This document shows, in pieces, positions 32,205 to 36,668 of a stretch of DNA of 36,668 nt (positions within the stretch are counted from its first letter, which is position 1; each line of letters opens with the position of its first letter). The stretch spans positions 1 to 36,668 of the forward strand of contig JBMOFD010000009.1 in the NCBI GenBank assembly GCA_049314435.1. Reading direction: 5' to 3'. This stretch comes from Chlamydiia bacterium. Its GTDB lineage: Bacteria > Chlamydiota > Chlamydiia > Chlamydiales > JBMOFD01. Under the pieces are notes generated by a model that saw nothing but the letters and a program-made list of their open reading frames with translations, made no database searches and was not told where the DNA came from. The translations under genes and the position numbers were made by a program.

Positions 32205-34419
32205 GCTGAGCGACCTCCACGCTCCTCTCAAGGAGGAGCAGCTCTTGAAGATGAGTCGCGAAGGGTCGTTGACCCATCAGGGTCGTGCCTTGAGTGTCGA
32301 CCTATGGACGGTATGGCATCCGGTCATCCTTCTCGGACCCGAGGTCGCGCGCATGCAGCTGCGTGAGGATCGGACTGCTGTAGTGAACCCTCGCTATGTG
32401 GATGAAGCGGATTGGTGTGAGGAGGGGTGGGTGCTCTTCGGGCGTGTGCTCTATCGATTGCCAGAGGATGCCGAGGGTTGGAGAGTTCCCCAAGCCTGTT
32501 CGGAGGGGGCCATTGCCCAATGGAAACGAGAGTGGCCCGTGGAAGGAGAGTGGGTGGAGCAGACCACGCCCCACCTCGTCCTACGAGATAAGACAGGTCG
32601 CTTTGTCCAACTGATGGAACGTGGGGCCTCTCTGCGGCCAGCGTCCCCGCAATCTCCTTGGGCCCGGGATCTTCTGGAAGCGGGCTATCAGAGGGCGATC
32701 TCTGGAGAATATGTGAGTCCGCCTGACAGGGCCTTTGAAGCGCTTCAGCTGCTCTTAGAATGTGGTTGGACGGCAGAATTGCGTAATCAGGGGCCTGTTC
32801 AACTGTTGACGAAGCGAGAGATAGCCTTGGGATCGAATGGCCATCTATCAGGGGCGCTTCACTTTGGGACAAGTGAGGTGCCTCTGGAACGATGTGCCAA
32901 GCAGGCTGAAGGTCTTGTGGCCCTGCCTATTGGATGGGGGCTTTTGCCTCCCGACCCTTTCTGGAAAGAGTTGGTGATGGATGGGGAGGGAGTACGGTTG
33001 AAGAGAAGCGCGGCAGGGCGCGTCTCCCTTGAGGGCATCGAACTGTCCGCCTCCGGTACTGAGTGGATGGGGATGGAGTGGCCCGAGCAGCCAGATCCCT
33101 CGTTTAAGGGCACCTTGCGCCCCTATCAAGAGGTGGGTCGTTCATGGATCCTCGGTCATTATAGTCGAGCAGGTGGGGGGATCTTAGCCGACGAGATGGG
33201 GCTGGGCAAGACAGTCCAAGTGTTAGCGGCCCTTAGCCACTTACCCACCCCTGTGTTGATTGTGGTCCCCACCAGCTTGATTCCCAACTGGTCCCGTGAA
33301 ATCCAGAGATTTCTGCCTGAGGCCCACTTGATCGTGCACCATGGCGTCGCACGAACAGAGCCAGCTCCTGCGGAGCTGGCACAGACCATCGTGCTCACGA
33401 GCTATGGCCTTGTCCGCACCGATCCATGGATCCGACGCATCTCCTGGGAGGCGGTGATCTGCGACGAGGCACACCTCCTAAAGAATGCCGATGCCCAGAC
33501 TACGCAGGCAGTGCATCAGCTGAAAGGCCGACTGCGCCTGGCCGTCACAGGAACTCCTCTGGAGAACCATCCAGAGGAGCTACGTACGCAGCTGAGCTTC
33601 CTAGAGCCCGATGCTCTTCTAGACAGAGCTCGGTGGGAGGCTGCCTTCACGACGGGCCTGGGTCGTCAGGCGCTGAGGAAGCATTTGGAGCCTTTGCTCT
33701 TGAGGCGTCGCAAAGTCCATGTGGCAACCGATCTCCCCCCTCTATTGGAGCAGCTGGTCTGGTTAGAGATGTCCGCCGAGCAAAAGGGGTGGCATGAGGA
33801 GCTACGGCAGGAGGCGCGATTGCATGGCCTGCCGATTCTACAGATCCTCGAGCGTCTCATGAGGATGCGACAGCTGTGTTGTACACCGCAGCTGTTGGGA
33901 CTACCGGGAGCTGGTCCCAAGTTGGAGCAGCTATGGGTGGATCTGGAGGAGCTGAGAGCTGAGGGGGCGTCTGTTGTGGTGTTCAGTCAGTTCGCCTCGT
34001 TCTTAGAGCGTGCCAGAGATCATGTGCAGGGTATCGGCTCGATCGAGCTGCTCACCGGTGCCTCCAAGGATCGCGGGGCGATTGTGGATCGTTTCCAATC
34101 AGGGGAGACGCCCATCCTCATGGCAACCTTGAAAGCAGGGGGTGTTGGTCTGAACCTGCAGCGGGCTGATGTGGTGATCCTCCTCGAGCCATGGTGGAAT
34201 CGAGCAGCTGAGCAGCAGGCGATCGACCGCGCTCACCGGATCGGACGAGAGGGAAAGGTCTTGGTGCGGCGCTACCTCATGGCGGACTCGATCGAGGAGA
34301 GGGTGCGCAGCCTGCAGGCTCGGAAGCTGGAGTGGGCCAATGCTCTATGGGAGGATGCGGATGTGCCGTTACGCGACCTGGGCGATCAGGACTTGGAGTG
34401 GTTGTTGGGGAGTGACTAG
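32197..34419 (+). CDS. SWI2/SNF2-family helicase-like ATPase
   Basis: LRPYQ, LADEMGLGKT, DEAH, TGTPLEN, FSQF, KAGGVGLNL, WWN, QAIDRAHRIG. Confidence 0.92.
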   Translation: MPELSDLHAPLKEEQLLKMSREGSLTHQGRALSVDLWTVWHPVILLGPEVARMQLREDRTAVVNPRYVDEADWCEEGWVLFGRVLYRLPEDAEGWRVPQACSEGAIAQWKREWPVEGEWVEQTTPHLVLRDKTGRFVQLMERGASLRPASPQSPWARDLLEAGYQRAISGEYVSPPDRAFEALQLLLECGWTAELRNQGPVQLLTKREIALGSNGHLSGALHFGTSEVPLERCAKQAEGLVALPIGWGLLPPDPFWKELVMDGEGVRLKRSAAGRVSLEGIELSASGTEWMGMEWPEQPDPSFKGTLRPYQEVGRSWILGHYSRAGGGILADEMGLGKTVQVLAALSHLPTPVLIVVPTSLIPNWSREIQRFLPEAHLIVHHGVARTEPAPAELAQTIVLTSYGLVRTDPWIRRISWEAVICDEAHLLKNADAQTTQAVHQLKGRLRLAVTGTPLENHPEELRTQLSFLEPDALLDRARWEAAFTTGLGRQALRKHLEPLLLRRRKVHVATDLPPLLEQLVWLEMSAEQKGWHEELRQEARLHGLPILQILERLMRMRQLCCTPQLLGLPGAGPKLEQLWVDLEELRAEGASVVVFSQFASFLERARDHVQGIGSIELLTGASKDRGAIVDRFQSGETPILMATLKAGGVGLNLQRADVVILLEPWWNRAAEQQAIDRAHRIGREGKVLVRRYLMADSIEERVRSLQARKLEWANALWEDADVPLRDLGDQDLEWLLGSD

Positions 34420-34456
34420 AGGCCAATCCCCATCTGGTAGTTAGCTTTTGGAGCAC

Positions 34457-34840
34457 ATGAACTTACTCGCTATTAGGCTGCTTATGCTGATTCCCTTCGG
34501 CCTGGGGATCACCCTGTTGTGTTGGTTCTTTCATGGCGGCGGTTTCACGAAGCAAGCTACCGCTAGAGCGGCCCGCGCGTGGTTGTGCTTTGAGATTGGG
34601 GCGATGATTGCATTTCTTGTGATCAGCTCATTGCTCAACGAGCCAGCGTCGTCTTTGCGGGAAGTGATTTCTCACTGGGTATTGGGCTGTGGTGGGGCCG
34701 TTGGCGTCGGGTACTTTGTGACGGCAGGTATCCGTGCGTTCTGGCCACAGGTTCCCCTACTTGGGGGCCTCGGCGCTCTGGGAGCCATGTGCATTGCAGG
34801 CTCTAGCGTGTGCATGGTGCTTGTCAGTCGAAGTGCCTAG
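34457..34840 (+). CDS. Small four-TM hypothetical membrane protein
   Basis: Four hydrophobic segments; GGAG before ATG 34457. Confidence 0.65.
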   Translation: MNLLAIRLLMLIPFGLGITLLCWFFHGGGFTKQATARAARAWLCFEIGAMIAFLVISSLLNEPASSLREVISHWVLGCGGAVGVGYFVTAGIRAFWPQVPLLGGLGALGAMCIAGSSVCMVLVSRSA

Positions 34841-34854
34841 GGATTGCGCCGGAA

Positions 34855-35216
34855 TCAACCATTTCGATGTCGAGACTCAATGACGCAACAGGCTTGTGCA
34901 AGAGTGTCGATTTCCCCTGAGACCTGCTGAGCGGTCTGGGCATCGAGGTTCGCGTCCCACTCATCGAGCAGCACCAAGGGCACTCGAATGTTGTCCTGGA
35001 TCTCTTGCAGACTCCGTCGTAGGAGCTGTCCGGTGCTACCCTCACTGGAGTGGCTTTGGAACATGAGGTTGTGCTTCGCCGGGAGGAAGAATGCTTGGTC
35101 TCCCAACTGTTGTTTGAGTAGGAGCAGTAGGCTCGTCTTCCCGCTTCCATTGGCACCACGCAGGGTATACCTGCCGGTTCTTGGAGGGGAGCTCAAGAGG
35201 TCCAAAGCGTGACAAG
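34855..35216 (-). pseudogene. 3' fragment of an ABC-type ATPase gene, probably truncated by the IS607 insertion
   Basis: Walker A GANGSGKT, signature-like STGQ, Walker B LLDE, D-loop ANLD, H-switch SRH. The frame stays open up to the IS end, meets a stop inside it, and has no ATG or RBS. Confidence 0.65.
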
Positions 35217-35234
35217 GGCTAGTAACTGCTGGTT

Positions 35235-35264
35235 AAAATCTACGAAAATCTATGCAAATATAGG
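35235..35264 (+). repeat. IS607 left-end direct repeats (putative TnpA binding sites)
   Basis: AAAATCTACG / AAAATCTATG / CAAATATAGG with 10-bp period. Confidence 0.75.
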
Positions 35265-35289
35265 CATCGGCACATAGAATTTTAATCGT

Positions 35290-35901
35290 ATGAAAGTCAG
35301 CATTCGAGAAGCAGCTAAGACCTTAGGGGTTCATCCGGATACGCTCCGAAGATGGGAAGCGATTGGACGCATTGAGGTGGAACGTACAGCTCGTGGCCAT
35401 CGGAGATATGATCTAGCCAAGCTCAAGGGGATCAAGCCGAGACCCGAGACTATTGAACGAGCGATAATAGGTTATGCTCGCGTGTCCAGTCATGATCAGA
35501 AAGGAGACCTAAAGAGGCAAGTTGAGCTACTTGAGGCCTATGCTGCGGCTCATGGTTGGACCTACGAGATCGTGGAGGACCTTGGATCGGGCCTAAACTA
35601 CAACAAGAAGGGTTTGCGACAACTCATCAAGAGGATATGCTCGGGCCGTGTTCAGCGTTTGCTGCTCACTCATAAGGATCGTTTGATGCGGTTTGGATCC
35701 GAGCTCATCTTCTCGCTCTGCGAGTACTTTGGGACGGAAGTCATCATTCTAAATGCCAAAGAAGAATCCTCGTTTGAGGACGACCTGGTGCAAGATGTAC
35801 TCGAGATCATCACGGTCTTTTCGGCACGGCTCTATGGAGCGCGCAGTCGCAAGAACCGCAAGCTATTAGAGGCGCTCAAGGAGGCTGCTGATGGCTTGTA
35901 A
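35290..35901 (+). CDS. tnpA: IS607-family serine-recombinase transposase
   Basis: N-terminal MerR-like HTH (AAKTLGVHPDTLRRWE..GHRRY), catalytic YARVSS, DLGSGLN, KDRLMRFG, FSARLYGARS. Confidence 0.95.
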   Translation: MKVSIREAAKTLGVHPDTLRRWEAIGRIEVERTARGHRRYDLAKLKGIKPRPETIERAIIGYARVSSHDQKGDLKRQVELLEAYAAAHGWTYEIVEDLGSGLNYNKKGLRQLIKRICSGRVQRLLLTHKDRLMRFGSELIFSLCEYFGTEVIILNAKEESSFEDDLVQDVLEIITVFSARLYGARSRKNRKLLEALKEAADGL

Positions 35902-36668
35902 GACGCTCGAGCTCACCTATCAAACGCGCCCTGAGTATGATGCCAACGCGCTTGCCGCTCTGTCGGAGTGGATGGAGATCAATTCCACCATGATCCATAC
36001 GCTGTTCAAAAGGATCTGCGCTGGTGAGGATCCCCACGAGGTGAAATCCTCCATGATGGTCGAATTTGGAGCGACGGCGCGGCAGTTCAATGCAGGACGA
36101 GTGGATGTCGAAGGTAGGATTGCATCGTGCAAGGAGCAGCAAAAAGCTCAGATCAAGGATCTTCGCAAACGTCTCGCCACGTTAGATAAGAAGATAGAAG
36201 ACACCGAACAAGGTGAGACTCTCAGCGCAAAGGAACGACGCTGGCTCCATGAGAACAAGCGAAAGCGCGAACGCAACCGACACAAGCTCGCAGCTTTGGA
36301 AAAAGCGGATAAGGAGGGCAAGGTCTCGCTCTGTTTCGGTGGGAAGCGGCTCTTTCATGCGCAGCATGCGCGGGAAGAGAACGGCTATGCCTCTCATAAA
36401 GAGTGGTTGGCGGCATGGCGCGAGAGCCGCACGAATCAGTTCATGGTCCTTGGATCGAAGGATGAGTCGGGAGGGAATCAGACCTGTACCGCGACGATCG
36501 CAGAGGATGGTAGCCTTACTCTCCGGCTACGCCTACCTAATGCACTCATCCCCAAATATGGAAAGTACCTCATCCTGACAGGCGTACGTTTTGCCTATGG
36601 GCATGAGGAGGTGTGTCGAGCACTGCGCTCCTGTACCGAGCGGGCGCAACGCATGAAGGATGGAGATC
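35891..36668 (+). CDS. tnpB: TnpB-family RNA-guided nuclease, N-terminal 259 aa (partial; not in ORF track)
   Basis: ATG 35891 overlaps the tnpA end; hand translation is open to the edge: MACKTLELTYQTR...FGATARQFN...CFGGKRLF...GSKDESGGNQTC...LRLRLP. The RuvC domain lies outside the window. Confidence 0.8.
   Translation, partial: MACKTLELTYQTRPEYDANALAALSEWMEINSTMIHTLFKRICAGEDPHEVKSSMMVEFGATARQFNAGRVDVEGRIASCKEQQKAQIKDLRKRLATLDKKIEDTEQGETLSAKERRWLHENKRKRERNRHKLAALEKADKEGKVSLCFGGKRLFHAQHAREENGYASHKEWLAAWRESRTNQFMVLGSKDESGGNQTCTATIAEDGSLTLRLRLPNALIPKYGKYLILTGVRFAYGHEEVCRALRSCTERAQRMKDGD

Larger units (their letters stand above)
35217..36668 (+). mobile_element. IS607-family insertion sequence (left part; runs off the right edge)
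   Basis: GG dinucleotide followed by subterminal direct repeats, serine-recombinase tnpA and overlapping tnpB. Left boundary inferred. Confidence 0.88.

Noticed and set aside
682..34419. Numerous 60-200 aa ORFs nested in or antisense to recognised genes
   Set aside because: Expected shadow ORFs in GC-rich coding DNA; no motifs or independent translation signals.
32197..34840. SNF2 helicase plus small membrane protein as an anti-phage system
   Set aside because: SNF2 proteins are common in chlamydial genomes; this one is coupled to birA and has no nuclease or methylase partner.
35876..36578. Several short ORFs downstream of tnpA in the ORF track
   Set aside because: Alternate-frame or antisense shadows of the unterminated tnpB ORF starting at 35891.

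Overview
Chromosomal window from a member of the Chlamydiota, probably an environmental lineage with a GC content in the mid-50s % (estimated by eye). The assignment is inferred from chlamydial-type short ParC/ParE, a short HemA, a stand-alone BPL-N gene and the nfo/murJ/rpsD/yceA neighbourhood. Housekeeping genes are parC, parE, hpt, brnQ, hemA, asnS, nfo, murJ, rpsD, trhO, birA and a SNF2 helicase. They are interrupted by a 13.1-kb, 4368-aa gene between nfo and murJ. Its product has a C-terminal SecA-like/DUF3638-type SF2 ATPase, three ~160-aa internal repeats, three tandem acidic FFAT-like motifs and a possibly degenerate N-terminal protease-like module. Other notable items: a five-copy double-hairpin REP-like family with covarying stems; a perfect 44-bp palindrome; a G-quadruplex motif and a coupled uORF upstream of brnQ; an HPRT with an apparent signal peptide; an Inc-like protein; and a linked BPL-N + BirA pair. 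At the right edge an IS607 element (serine-recombinase TnpA plus a large TnpB missing from the ORF track) appears to have interrupted an ABC-type ATPase gene. No rRNA, tRNA or CRISPR array was recognised. All family assignments come from motif recognition by eye, not database searches.
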